Shown one piece after another: positions 38,870 through 52,753 of a stretch of 64,000 bases of DNA. The notes under the pieces are model-generated. The model did no database searches. It had not been told where the DNA came from and was given only the letters and a program-made list of their open reading frames with translations. Within the stretch, counting starts at the first letter, position 1. Every line of letters starts with the position of its first letter. Location: the NCBI GenBank assembly GCA_047967505.1, contig CM106538.1. One strand, written 5' to 3'. Origin of the DNA: Dipteris shenzhenensis. Lineage: Eukaryota. The position numbers were made by a program, and so were the translations under genes.

Positions 38870-41800
38870 TGTAACAACTTGTCAGAAACCACTTTGGATA
38901 AAGGAGGAGAATTTCAAACACAAAAACGACACACAATGAACTTGATGGCTAAAACTCACCTTTCCCTTTGCTAATCCATTCATTTATCCTTAGATTACAA
39001 ATAGTTATACTCATTAGCGATCATCTGACTATTTCTACTTATTGTCATTGTTTCTCCCAAGTGCGAGTTTTGAGGGTGTTGGTCACCTACGATTGTGTCG
39101 TTGCTCATTGTAGCATAGGTGTTCACAAGTGTAGCATAGGTCCTCACGTCATATTCTGATGAGAGGTGTAGGCTAAAGTGTGGAAAGTAGATCTCATGCG
39201 CACATGGGTGAGAAAGAGGGCTTGATCGTAACAATTCATGGAGGCTCTCACCTCCACGGGAGTTCAAGGGTTTAGAAGGGGACATGGTTGAGAGAGCTAT
39301 CTAGGAGTTCCAAGGTTCAGAGGGGGTTGCAGGGTTTAGGAGGATTCCAAGGTTGAGGAGTGGAGAGCGAGTCTCCTTCGTGGATTAGAGGGGTAAGGGA
39401 TGAGGAGGAGGGACAAGGAAGAAGGAGGAAGAGGGAGGAGGGTGGAGGAGGGGGGAGGAGGGAGGAGGGAGGAGGAGGAGGGAGGAGGAGGGAGGAAGAG
39501 GGAGGAGGGAGGAGGAGGGAGGAAGAGGGAGGACGGAGGAGGAGGGAGGAAGAGGGAGGAGGAGGAGGGTGGAGGAAGAGGGAGGATGGAGGAGGAGGAG
39601 GATGGAGGAAGAGGGAGAAGAAGAGAGGAGGAGGATATTACTGGAGCTAGGGAGGAATGTGAGAAGATCAGAATAGAGAGTGGCGAGATAGGGGAGATTA
39701 GATTGAAGGTAGACCACATATTCCTCTGGCAGATCTTTGTCGCTTCTAGTAGGCATTGTCAAATTTAATGTAGGATTTTTCTTGGAGTTATACCCCATGG
39801 GAAGTTGCTGGTGATTTTTGCAATAAGGGTAGGAGACTTCCTACTACCCAAAGAGGGGAGATTCCCATCAAGCATTCATATAATAGTATTGCATCAGTCT
39901 TTAACTGTATGAGATTTGCATGCACTGAGATAGAACACATTCTTCTCATCTTCATCCATATGTTGGCATAGATCTCGGAGAGTCTTTGTGCTTACTGGTC
40001 TGGTCCAATCAAGATGTAACATCTTGATTTGCAAGTGTTTCCACGATATGCGTACTCTTCCTTCAAGGTGATCCTCTTGTCGAAGGACTGCAACAAGCTC
40101 TTGGTATAATGTAGTGATGCCCTGTAGCAAAAGATCTTGTGCTGACCCCTCTGCATCGTCATTAGCTAGACCTAGTAGTTGAAGTTCCAATTTGGAAATT
40201 ATTGCCTTTTGATTTTTCCACTTTATGCACTTTTCTTTATACTTTCCCAGTGTTGAGGTGTATGCAAGATTTAGACTATCTAATTGTTGAGCTGCTTTTG
40301 GATGCCTTGGCAATTGATCATTAAGCATGTGGAGTTGCAGTATCTCTTGCTCTTGAGCATCCAGTTCTGCTTTGGTATTCACAAATGTCTCCCTTGATGC
40401 CACGCATTCCTTCTCTAGTGCTTGAATTTGATGTTTACCTTCTTTGAGGCTATTCTATTCAAGGCATCAGATAGCTATAGGTGTTTTACTTGGAGAGAAA
40501 TCGTGGCTTGTTGGGCATCCTTTCTACTTTCTACTAGAGCATTTTGTGCAAGGACTTGTTGCTACATTTGTTCTACCATGCTCTCCTTGAGCTTATGAAT
40601 TTCTATCATGGCACTTTGCAACTTGGTTTGGAGTGATGGGAGCATAGGGGGAGCATCTACCTTTCCATTTCTCTTTCTTGCTCATCTAACTCCATGGTAG
40701 CAAATAATTGTTGTAGCTGTTGACTATGATGTTGTATGATGTAGCTTGCTTGTATTGGACATACAGTTGACTCCCATGTGCCCATGTGGAATTTTGATCT
40801 ATTCCTTGAACAGCAGTATGTTGTATGGTGCCACTAGAGACATTTAAGGGTTGTGACTCTAGAGTCGTGGAGCCATCAACATTGGTGACTTGTGATTCTT
40901 GAAGAGGCATGCTATTTGGCTCACTTGCAAAGGCATTATGTGCCATGGTCTCCTCTTGGATTTCCACACTCGAGTCCCTTTGTTGCAGTAGCAAGAGTGA
41001 ACTGAGTTGCAAGATTATTTGGTAGAGCACCACATTGTCATTCTCTGGAATCTGTTCGGATTGTCGCCCATCCATGTTATCCGCATTGAGAGTAGGTGGA
41101 GGGTCTAATTCCTAGTTTGGCGATAATATCAATGTTTCAAAGTCCTCTATATCTTGTGTTGAGAGAGGTGTATATTCTTCTTCTTGCTCTACTACAAACC
41201 CAATTATAATGGCCAACAGATGGGCAATTTAGCTTTTGCCATTATGTGTAGTGGATACATAATTGCTAACAACAAGGATATGTGTTGAGCCCAGTCTTGT
41301 AGTTTTGCTCTACAAAGGAGTGTAAGAGTTTTTATTGACATATAATTTTTTTTCACTTTTGTATGATTGGAAATATCAGCCAAATACTTAGCTGCCTCTT
41401 TGCATATGGGATCCAGAATCATATCATGGCGTATTCCCCCGCTTTGTGACTTTGTGTTAGGTGGGAATAAATCCTGAATCTCAGAGAATCTTGCATCCAA
41501 ATGTTTCTTTGGATGTTCTTCTTGTGTCTCTGGAAATAAGAAAGCTTCATCCATAGTGGATCTACTGAGGTAGACTTGTAAGGGCTTTTCTGTAAATGTT
41601 ATTGTGCCGTACTTATCTTTCTCCAACTCTCTGCTTTTATTTGATGTTTTGAATTGACAAATGTATTTTGTCATAGCAGGTGTTGGTGGTAAGAAGGATT
41701 TTAGCTTCTAAAAAAGACTTCCTAGACCCTTTGCCTGCAAGAAGTTGTATGCATCGGGTGACATGCTGAACGTTGAGACTCGTGGCCATACAAGCTGTAT

Positions 41801-44000
41801 TGTTTCATCTAATACTAGCTCTTTGTTGGTTTGGTCATCAAGGTTTTCTACACCTGCATCTTGCATAGTCAATTCTTATGCCTCAATTTCTCTTGACTCT
41901 AGGGTCCTTAGGGTTTGTGGCATATGTTCTATTTGCTCATCAGTATCACTATCCAGAACCACTAGCCGTGGTCGTTTTGGTGCTGACCTCTGGGTTGGTG
42001 ATTCTGAATCTTGTCCTTCAGGTTGGTGATTTGAGGAGGTCTTTTAAGGTTGAGGTTTGGGCCGTTTGGCATGGTGTCTCTTTGTCAATGGCATTGTAGG
42101 CCTTTTTCCCATCATATTGGACTGTCTTCAGCCTAGCATTTCACACATGAATTCAGGTCCGAGTTTGACAGTGCCAATATAGTGCCATGTGCTAAGAGTG
42201 CATGTTTCTTTTGTGAGTGGCTAATGCATTTTACTCTTTTTGTGAGCGGCTAATGCATTTTACTCTTTTTGTGATGAGGGTGTTGTGTGTGTGGATCAAA
42301 GCAAGTATCTCTTGGGGCTTTTATTTGTGCATGTTGCTCAAAATGTATGGGTACGCTATGCATGACTAGAGAGACTGGCATTCCTCCTATATGCTTAGCT
42401 TGCTAAGGGAATCACAAGCCAACTAGGACTCAGTCATCACATCTAATCCCTAGGTTGAAATCGATTGAAACTAGCTATATGTGTGAAGTTGTACATATGC
42501 TAGTGAGTGCTCATGATACAATCTAGTCCTAACTGGCTTCTCTTTCCGTTGTGGTGTAATTCACCTCCACATCATTTAGCTGTCTGCTTGCAAAGTATAC
42601 TGGGTAGTCTTTGTTGTGTTTTCCAGGTTGACATAACACACTCCCTACTGTATAATTGGAACCATTGGTATGTTCATGAAATTCTATGTCCCAATTTGAT
42701 GCCATTAGAGAGGGGTTGTGATCATACCTCAGTATGAACCTTCTATAGTATCCGTCATGGCCCATGAAGACTTGGACTCCCTTGGCATTTAGTGGGGGGG
42801 GAAGTTCCATGATGATCTTTATTTTGTCCATGTCAGTTGCAATCCCATGTCGAGAGACTATGTGTCCCAAGACTACTCCGTGTGTGACCAAGAATTGCCA
42901 TTTTAGAGGATTCAAAGAGATTCTATATTCCTTGCATTTTTTTAGTACTTCTTCAAGGCATTTCAAGTGATCTTTTTTCTTGAGTGTATGCACAAGTCAT
43001 TGAGGAAGACTTGTAGGAACTTGTTGAGAAATTCCTTGAAGGCAGTGTACATGTCCCTTTGAAAAGTAGATGGGGCATTGCATAAGCTAAATGGCATGAC
43101 TCTATATGGAAAAATGCCCCATTCTGTGGCAAACATTGTCTTTGCTTGATCTTAAGGTGCAATTTGTACTTGGTTGTATCCACTAAACCCATCCAAGAAG
43201 CTATACACAATTTAGACCCTCCTACCCTTTCTAAAACTATTTCAATCAATGGTAGGGGATAGTGATCTTTGATTGTTGCTACATTGACGTTCTTGAGATT
43301 CACACATATTCTGAGCTTCTTGTTTTTCTTAGGAACAATCACAATTGGTGACACCCAATCAGTATGCTCAATCTCATAAATGAAACCAGCATCCAGTAAT
43401 TTTTATAGTTCTTCATAGACATGGGTGCCATACTTGGGATTTGTCCTGTAAGGTCCGCATAACTTTGGTTTGGATCCTTTCCTTATAGGTATGGTATGTA
43501 CTACAACTTTATGGGAAATCCCTTTCATTTCTTTGTAGCACCACACCATGCAATCTCTATATTCCATTACCACTCCTTTTAATTCTTTTTCTTCAATACC
43601 TTGTCTTGGTTGGTCCTTCACATACTGGGGTATCCTCAATATTCTATGTTTTTGTGAGCTCTGATTCCCTGACTGACCTAGGCATTGCTATTGTTGCTTA
43701 TCCCTTGGTGTAGTTTTTGAATTAATTGGGAACTTCCCTTAGGCCTTCATGGCACTTTAAGGTGCTTGCTTGGCTGCTAGCTCCATTCGAAGATATTTGG
43801 TCCTATTCAGCTGTGTTCCCTTGTTCTTCTTTTTTGATATATTCACCATTTCACTCTTCATTCTCACATTGGGTTTGAACTTTCTAAGTTTTTTTCTTTG
43901 TGAGATGAGTGATGGATTTTCAATAGGAGTCGCACTCCTAAGGAGTGGTTCTTCGGCCATACAGGCACCTTCAAGCACTTTAGGATCCCATTCAAAATTT
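38870..44000 (-). mobile_element. Second degenerate Ty3/gypsy relic: RT and RH start (43640-42530), integrase mostly deleted, extra ORFs 3' of pol, G-rich terminal region; ends approximate
   Basis: RT motifs VSPIVIVPKKNKKLRICV, DHYPLP, NAPSTF, LGHIVS and YFASRQL..EVNYTTTERE. Same-strand ORFs lie at 41674-41204, 41075-40686 and 40403-39894. Confidence 0.7.
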
Positions 44001-44903
44001 GGGGACTCAGGTGCTTTTGTGGGCTTAGTGCAGAGAATTATTTTAGACCCGCGAGCAGATCTACTACTTGTAGGAGGAAAGATGGGATCTCAAGCTCCAA
44101 GTTTCTTAGAAGAAGATACAGACATGGAGAGCAGTGGAAACAGGAAAGTATGGAAGAAGTATTACACAAATGAAGTGCATCTCCACTAGCACCACAATTG
44201 GTCTCCATATTTAAGGAGATGGTCACTAATCAATTAAGCCCTATCAAAGAAGAGATGATTGTTGCTAATGTTAGCACCAAAGAGAATAAAGGTGATCTTT
44301 ATATGGAAGTAAAGGAGTAGGAATCTAGGCTTTAAAATAGAATGATCTTATACATGGGAGGTTGCAAGATGGTTGCCTTCATGATGATGAGGAGAAAGAC
44401 ATAGATGATATAATTAAATGCCCTAAGAAGGAAGTTCCACAAGTTAAAGGGGATGAAAATGATATAAGAAATGTTACTCAAAATGGCACACAAGCATAGG
44501 TCTACTTCAAAGGAGGGCCGCAAGAGTTAAGAATCAAGATATCTGACAAACACATAAGCTGACAGGTAGACAAGATTTGGATATCTAAGGAGCTTACCCC
44601 AATCCAACTCAAACAAAGAAATAGTGAACTCACCAAAGTCAAGCCTTCAAATCTAGCATGCAATACAAGAAAATGGGTAATTTATCAAGATGGGCAAGCG
44701 TTGATTAGGGACTTCAAATCCAAAGCCAAAGACTCTTAATCTTAAACTAATGTTACATAAGAATGCAATTATGCCCTATAATAACTCGGAAGGAGCTAAC
44801 TTTGTGCACTCTCTCGGTCCTCTTGTTATCTAGATGTAGTAAGTCACTTTTTAGGTGTTTGTACTTTGTCTCATAGACCCATGAGGTCTTTTGTAGACAT
44901 TAA

Positions 44904-45157
<254 letters not shown>

Positions 45158-45379
45158 TCTTCACATTTCTCATCCATTTAGGGAATAGCTTAAAAGTGCT
45201 CATAGGGAGCTCATGATGAGGTTTCCTTCATAGTGGTAAATGACCAAAAATGTAAACATATAGGAGTGAGGCTCCACTATAGGGGCTAATGGACTAGAGA
45301 GTGATGATAGGAACTTAAATCACTTGTGGCACCATGCTAGATTAGCTCTAGGTAAGGCCAACACCAAGATGGAAGTTTC

Positions 45380-48300
45380 ATTTTTTAGCTTGAAGGTTCA
45401 GGGCCCTTTTAATGACCGTTAGACCATCTCTGCTAAGGAGATTGCTAAGAGAGACTGAGCTACATCCTGGTTTCTTAGGTTTGTAGGAAGTCAAGGTTGG
45501 AGAAGTGTGACTACACTAATAGTTGTAAAACATTGACAAGGATACAGTGTGGTTCATCACAGATCATGAACCAGGCAAAGGCGAGGTAGCTCTAGGTTTT
45601 AACAATGCTCTCCTTGAATTTTTGGGTAGATGCCTGACTACCTTTGGAAAACATGAAATTTAAATATAGACACACTAACATGAAGTGTGATGTTTTCTCT
45701 GTATATCTTCCTAATGCTATTAATAGAGAGAAATTCATTTTATGGGACTCATGTTCTCTCTCAAGTGAATCTTTGGTAATGGGGGACTTTAACAGGGTTG
45801 AGCATAGTTTAGATCGATGGGCGAACAAGGGTAAAGTGATTAGTGGTAGTGAATTCAATGCTTAGCTAACGTTCAGGGACCACGCAAGTTTAGTGGATAT
45901 GCCAGAGGAGACATCTTTCACGTGGAGTAATAATCAAGTAGAGACCAATAATAGGAAAGCATGACTAGATAGATTTCATATGTCTAGGAATGTGGTGAGA
46001 CCTTCAGATGGAAGAGCAAAATGTTTTTATCTCTTCCTTTCTTTGACCACCTTCTATTTAGGACAAATGAGGAATTCATGGTTTAAATCTAGCCCATTCT
46101 TCTTCCATCTCTCTTATGTACAAGAGAAGGTCGAGAGAATCTATAATTGTGTTTTTTGGGGAGGTGCTTCTTACCTTGAAAGGTGGGCTTAGGAACCAAT
46201 CTTTTTTTAAGGCAATGAGGAAGAGGGCAAAAGCTACTAGAAGGAAGAGAAGATAGGATCTAGAGGAAGTGTTCAAGGAGTTGGAAAAGGATGGGGAGAG
46301 GATGAACTTAAGCATATGCAAATAGCAAACCATATTTCAAAGGGATTGGTCGTGAGCAGAGAGGATTGATAAGGAAAATGTGGGTATGTTTACGGCTTTG
46401 AGGATCCTTAAAAAGCATTGACTAGTTGGTCTAGCTGATAGAGTTGTGTCATCATACCAAGGTACCCTGCAGGAAGTTCACACCCCATTTCATGAAGTCA
46501 TACCTAAGGGAGTTTCAAGATTTAATTCTTGCTTTCCTGACAATCAGGTTCCATGTGAAGAACTCAAAGGGGCAGCTTATCTTATGGCCAAGAAGAAAAC
46601 TCCCGATGAAGCTAGGTTGCCCTTCAAGTTTTATATTTGCTTGTGGGACACAATAGGCCCCCAAGTTGCTTGATCTTTTGCTACTTAGTGATATTTTGAT
46701 GAGTGTGTCAGTTTATGTATGATCAAACTCATTCCCAATGGAGGCCCTAAAGAGAATATATCGAAATTGGAGGCTTTTGACTATGCTAAACACAAGCTAT
46801 AAGACTATAACTAAGGTTATGGAATTCAAGCTCAGATTTAAAATGCAAGCTTGGAAAAGAGAAGACCAAAAGGGTTTCAAGAAAGGAAAACACATCCCGG
46901 AAGCCATAATCACCTTGAGTGAGATTTAGAGGCTAGAGATGGCAAAGGAGGAAGGATAGAATATATGCTTCATGAAAGTTGATTTTGACAAAGCCTATGA
47001 CAAGATGGAATGGGGATTCATAATCCAGGATTTACAAGATACAGGAGTGGGTCCTAGATCCCAAGGCTATGTTGAGACCCTCCTCACTTATCTTATCGCC
47101 AAGAAGAAAACTCCCGATAAAGATGGGTTGCCCATCGAGTTTTATATGTGCTTGAGGGACACAATGGCCCCCAAGTTGCTTGATCTTTGGGATGAATCTG
47201 CTACTTGGTGATATTTTGATGAGTGTGTCAATTCAGGTATAATCAAACTCATTCCCAAGGGAGTAAACATCGATGTTGTACAGGGAACTGCAACAGATAT
47301 TCGAACTTAATAGGTTTGACCTAGTCACTATCAAAAGTAGACAACTGATTTTCAAGATAGGTGTTCCTTATCTTGGATGGGGTGTAGACAACTATCTTGT
47401 ATTAAGGAATTTCATTGGATAGGTCAAAAAACTCAAACCCCCATTTCGCATTTCTTTAATCCTTGCAATATCTCTGAGACTCTTAACAAAAAAGGCTAAG
47501 AAACAACACTCTTAGGGTATGGAGGACAAGGTTTAGTAAGGTGTGGGGCCAAAGATTGCAAGAGAAAATTTATTGGGTAAACCAGGTTAGTAACAAACTG
47601 AAGTTACATGGCCGTTGCATGGTTGTAAGACACATTAAGACAAGACACGTGAGACACGCTTCATACCCCAAGTGTCTAAAGTGCCTTAAAAATAAGACGT
47701 GTAAGACACGCCATTGTAATAATAAATATTTAATTAATATATGTATAAGAATACAAGTGTACAACTTGCTAGCATAGCTAGCTACGAGATTCTAGAAGTA
47801 CAATAAGCTACACTTAAACAATGCAAGAAGTAACAATGCACTTGTACAATGTACTCAAGACTTAAAAGGTAAAGTTAAGAGTCACAGCTCAAAGCTTGCA
47901 AGTCACGACTCACAACTTTAAAGGTTGAAATTGACAATTGAATCTTGATATTCAAAAAGGCAATTTGGTCTTGCTACTACAGGGTTGTAGTAATAGGCAA
48001 GCATTCTCCTATTTGTGAGAGATGCCATAAAATCCCTGAAGACATCCCTCATATTTTTTTTAACTATAAGTTCTCAAAGGCAATGCAGGATAGCATCAAA
48101 CAGTTTGGAGGATTTCCTTCTTTTGGCTACACCATGATTTTTATTGGGTGATGCTCCCCCTAGATTCCAGAGGGACTGGTCTGTGCTGAGGAGTAATGTT
48201 CTGTGGACAACAAAATGCTACAATTGGATGTTGTACTACTCACTTCACATTGGTTGCTGCATACGGGCCTGCAATTTCTACATTAAGGAGTATGTTGGAC

Positions 48301-48420
48301 TCATGGAAAATATCATAGGGATCCTCAACAAGGATATGGCATTGGCATGTGATCACATCAAAGTTACTAAGGACATAAGGAATCTACTAGGAGATGCGCA
48401 TGATATTGTTTAGCAGAAGG
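45380..48420 (+). mobile_element. Decayed L1-type LINE ORF2 with an internal duplication and a small insertion (~47620-47940)
   Basis: Endonuclease motifs (SVYLPN, VMGDFN, FTWSN, LDRFH), RT motifs (NWRLLTMLNTSYK, KVDFDKAYDKMEW) and a C-terminal CERC..PEDIPHIFF motif. About 46577-46737 is repeated at about 47086-47256. Confidence 0.85.
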
Positions 48421-50942
48421 GACTTTGTTAGACTTACTATTGTTTCTCCTCTTCAGTTTGTACTATGACTTTCTTTTCCTGGGAAGTGTGCAGATATGCT
48501 CTCTGAATTTTAAGTGTGCTACTGTTGTTTTTCCCTCCAAGTGTGGAGATGGCTTATCAAATCTTCTGTAAATACTGTGAAAATAGTTTTACAAATTGAA
48601 AACACCCTCTTTTCCCACATAAAAAGACATGACTGTGAGGAGAGGTGTCGAATGCTAGGAATTTCGCCTCGAGTTCAAAGAAAGACCCAAGGATGGCTCT
48701 AGTTTCTAACTTTCAATAACACACAAAGGGGTTTGAAACAACTAAAGAACAAGAACATATTTAATTAAAAAGAGCTAAGAAAGCACCTCTTTAGAATAAG
48801 AGTGTCATAGTGCTATTTTCGACTAACTTGAAGTGAGCTTTGTAATATTCAAACTTAATGAAAGGTAAGTCTACCTCTGAAGGTGAATTGATTGATTGGA
48901 CCTTGAAAACATTCATTTCAACCCCTCTAACCTAGCCTCAAAAACTCATTATTTATCAAAGACAAAGCTATCACATTCCCATGTCAAAGAGCAAGTTCTA
49001 CCCACATAAGGGTAGCAACTAACCTTTGAGCATGCATTTCCCTCACCACATAGAGGCTCACACCTAATGCAAAACTAAAGATATTGGACTGAATTTGTGG
49101 ACACATTATTCCCCATGAATAGGGGGAACCATGGACTCTAGGAAGAGACCATGGACATAAATAAGGGAGACCATGGATTCTATGTGCACATTCAAATAGA
49201 TGACCAATTGGAGGGCAATCAGGTACACTAATGTAAGGTCAAACAATGTTCTAAGAATTGGGCAAAACCCAAGACTCTTTGATCCCATGGGAAGAGATCC
49301 AACAAATGCTCGAATACTAGTTCAAACTAATTTTATCGCCTCCAAAGGTTTAAAATTGGAGCATAATTGATCATTGTAACTCGTGGGACTAATATTTTTG
49401 CATATGCATTATTCGGAGTGTGAGAGCCCTCCAAGAGATACATAATCTCAAGGTGTAGAATCCCTGTTCACACAAGGAAACTGTGCACAAATGTAACTGT
49501 ATGTGCATGAGTAAAAAGTGATGATAGATATGATTGTAAAAATGGTCCCTCTCGTGAACCAATATGTCCCCCTACTAATGACACACTCGAATGATAATTT
49601 TTAATATAAGTGGACGCCCTTCCCCCCGCCCTCCCCCCCCTCCCCCGTTTTCCCCTCACAATGCTCTCCTCTTCCCCTCCTAGCAATGTTCATAGAAAAC
49701 CTGCTATATATGAACCTGCAACATTTTCATTTTCACCCGCAAAAAATATTTCTTGAATTTTGTAAAATCTTCAAAATTTTAGGCAATTTAGCTATATTTT
49801 AGCTAAAAATCGACAAATTCTCAAGGAAAACCTTCAAATTTTGAAACCCCAAGTTTTGTAATTTGTTGCCCCCCTCCCCCCCGACAACCCCCTCCACCAC
49901 CCTCACATCCCCCCTACGCGCCTCCACTTCACCCTCTCAATTCGCCTCTCCCTCGCCCCTCTCCCTTGGCCCTCTCAACTCGCCTCCCCCTCATTCCCCT
50001 CGCCTTACCCCTCTCAATTCACCACCCTTCCCTTCCCCTAAACCCTTCTCCCTCTACATTGCTCTTTTCCCTCCCCTCTCTGCTCTCCCCACCCTTCTCT
50101 CTCATCACTCTCTCAACAACTTCCCTCTCGCCCCTCTCCCATGCAATCCTCCCCTCGGCCTTGTCAACCTTCATCCATAAGGTTCCGTGAGCTTAGTTTA
50201 GCAAATGTCAGATTGGGTTATGTTAGTTCACATTAGGTTTGGTGGGGCTAGGTTAGTTTGAGTATGTAAGGTTATGTTAGGTTGGGTATGATTAGTAAGG
50301 TTACATTAAATTGAGTTGGATTAAGATAGGTTATCTTAGGTTAGATTTGGCTAGGTTGGATTAGGTTAGGGTATGTTTCTTAGACTAGGCTAGATTAGAG
50401 TCTCTTTAATCAAGTATTGCCCTTAACTTAAAGGTCTACTCAATTAATGAGAATTTAGAAAATGTGATGCCGATTGGTTTTATGTGCATAGGAGATTTAT
50501 ACCCAAAATTAGTATGATTGGTTTTATGTGCATAGGAGATTTATACCCAAAATTAGTATGCTCACTGAGTTCCAGATTGAAAATCCTAGATTTTAGGAGA
50601 AAGTAGGGCCATTATGTGAATCTTTTTCTAAAGATAAATAAAGGAGCCACTCAAAGGCAATATTGACAAGCACTCGAAAGCTTGTACACTCATTGTCTGG
50701 ATGGAGGTTTCGAAGCACTACTCAAGGTAAAAGGAAAAAGCAAGCACGCATCAATTTAAGACTATTGGGCAAAATGACTTCCCTCACGTTGAGCTCTATT
50801 GAAACTGAGACCCACTCAGAAAAAAAGCCAGCATTTCCAATTTGAAGTCTGAATTTTTCTTTTTTCAACACAAAAAATGATTCATCCCCTTTGTCTGCCC
50901 TAGTCATTTGAATGGATAACGTACTTATGTGGGCATTTCAAC

Positions 50943-51603
50943 CACAATTACGCTGAAACGCGTTTCAGAGCCCAGCCAAGCTTGAAACGCCGTTTCAGAG
51001 AAGCCCCGTTTTTTAAACGCGTTTCAGGATCCGCTTCAAGACCTTGAAACGGCTGGTTGAAACGTTTTAACCAGTCTAAAACACGTTTCAGAGCCCTGAA
51101 ACAGGCCGTTTCAGACAACACAGGCTGCTAGGTCTCCAAAATGACGCAAAATCCGCCGCCAGTCTCGTTTTTGGTCTTTTTGCTTTCAATTTTGGCCTCC
51201 TTCCACTCCTTCAGCCTCATACTCTCTCCATCCTCAAGGTTTTCCGGCCCTCCTTGAGCCCCATTCACTCCTTTCCTCTCCTTTCTCTCCTGCAAGCTAC
51301 TTTAGCCCTCAATCATCATCTACTCCCCTCCAACCCCCTCCTTCAGTCCCCTCTTTAAGGCTTCAACCCTCTCTTTCAACCTCCTCTTTCAGGCCCCGCT
51401 TTCAAATTTCAACCCTCTCTTTCAACCCTTGGCTCTCTTTCAAGCTGTAGGCTGTAGCATTCTAAATGTGTGTGTTCTCATCTCAAAACCCCCTTTTCTA
51501 AACCTATCTTGCTGACATGGCGTTTCCCCATTTCAGCCCTCCCAAAAATCCCAAAACGTTCCATTTCCGTTTCCGTTCCCCGTTTCTGTTTCCCCTAACT
51601 GTG
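50943..51603. mobile_element. Non-autonomous hAT-like element (661 bp)
   Basis: Imperfect TIR CACAATTA / TAACTGTG with an 8-bp TSD ATTTCAAC/ATTTCAAA. Dense GAAACG/CGTTTC subterminal repeats occur at both ends. Confidence 0.75.
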
Positions 51604-52161
51604 ATTTCAAAGGTAGTAAGGGACTAATGAAAATCTCTCCTGATGAAGAGCTGGCCTGAACTTTCTTCTAGACCCCTAACTTTCTTATGTACCTCAAAAT
51701 TAAGAAAGGAGTCAACATTTCCATTTTGAAGTCTGAATTTTCCCTTGGTCAATACAAGGAGTGGATCATCCCATTTTGTCTTCCCTGAACTTGAATGCAG
51801 CATGTATGTGTGCATTTCAACTGTGATAAATTCAAACATTATCTTCGTGACCAACAGCTTTCTTCTGAATTAACTAGACTCCCACTAGTGGTTGGATTGA
51901 ATTAAAACTTTATGGCAAAGCTGCAGAACCCACTCTACTACATTTAAGCTTTCCAGCACGGGCAAAGATAGCTCCACCCTTTCTACTAAAAAAGTCCCTG
52001 CCATCTATAGATATCACCTGTCCAGAGGAGCAAAACTCTCAGCCTTTTTCGGGCTTGGTGTAGATACCCTCTGAGATGTGCTTAAAACAAAATGATCTAG
52101 AGGTTTCCAGACCTATAAGTTAAATATAGTGCATGTACAACCAAGATACATTAGGGCAAAG

Positions 52162-52332
52162 CTAAAAATCATCTCTGACAGAAATAGGCCAGAAACATTT
52201 CATAAAAATGCAAGTACCTGGGCAGTGATTACTTATATCTAGAGTTTCTAAAAATCATCTCTAACATAGAAATAGGCCAGAAACATTTCATAAAAATGCA
52301 AGTACCTGTGCAGTGATTACTTATATCTAGAG
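52162..52332. repeat. ~86 bp tandem duplication downstream of the NIGT1-like gene
   Basis: CTAAAAATCATCTCT..AGAAATAGGCCAGAAACATTTCATAAAAATGCAAGTACCTG..TATATCTAGAG starts at 52162 and 52248. Confidence 0.9.
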
Positions 52333-52753
52333 CTTCCTGTACATCGTTAAAGCTTTAGAAACATGGATTAACTGACGTTACGCTGTTCCTTCTAGAACAA
52401 AGGAACGTGCTAACACAAGCAAAATTCAGAGGGATTCATGCCTTCGGCAATCTCCAGTCGTTACAAACTTCGCATGCAATAGTGCGGATAGGACACTCAA
52501 AACTTGGCCTCCCTTAATCAAAGGTTATGGATGTCGGGATCTTTGTGCAGAAATTGTTTTCCTCTTAGATGTATTCTCATACTTGGGGTGGCTCTCCCTT
52601 CCGGGTACACAAAGTTCAAAAATGGAATGGTATCCCTCGTTTCTGTAAAAGTGGTAAGCACCAGGTTTCCAAAGGCTGAATTTCAACATCCCGGGGGGAA
52701 AAAACGCACTGGCTCAACTGCTTCCAATTGCATTTCTCAGATTTTCACCGTAC

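Noticed and set aside
50200-50400. Possible interstitial telomere repeat
   Set aside because: GGTTAG-like words are irregular and do not form TTTAGGG or TTAGGG arrays.
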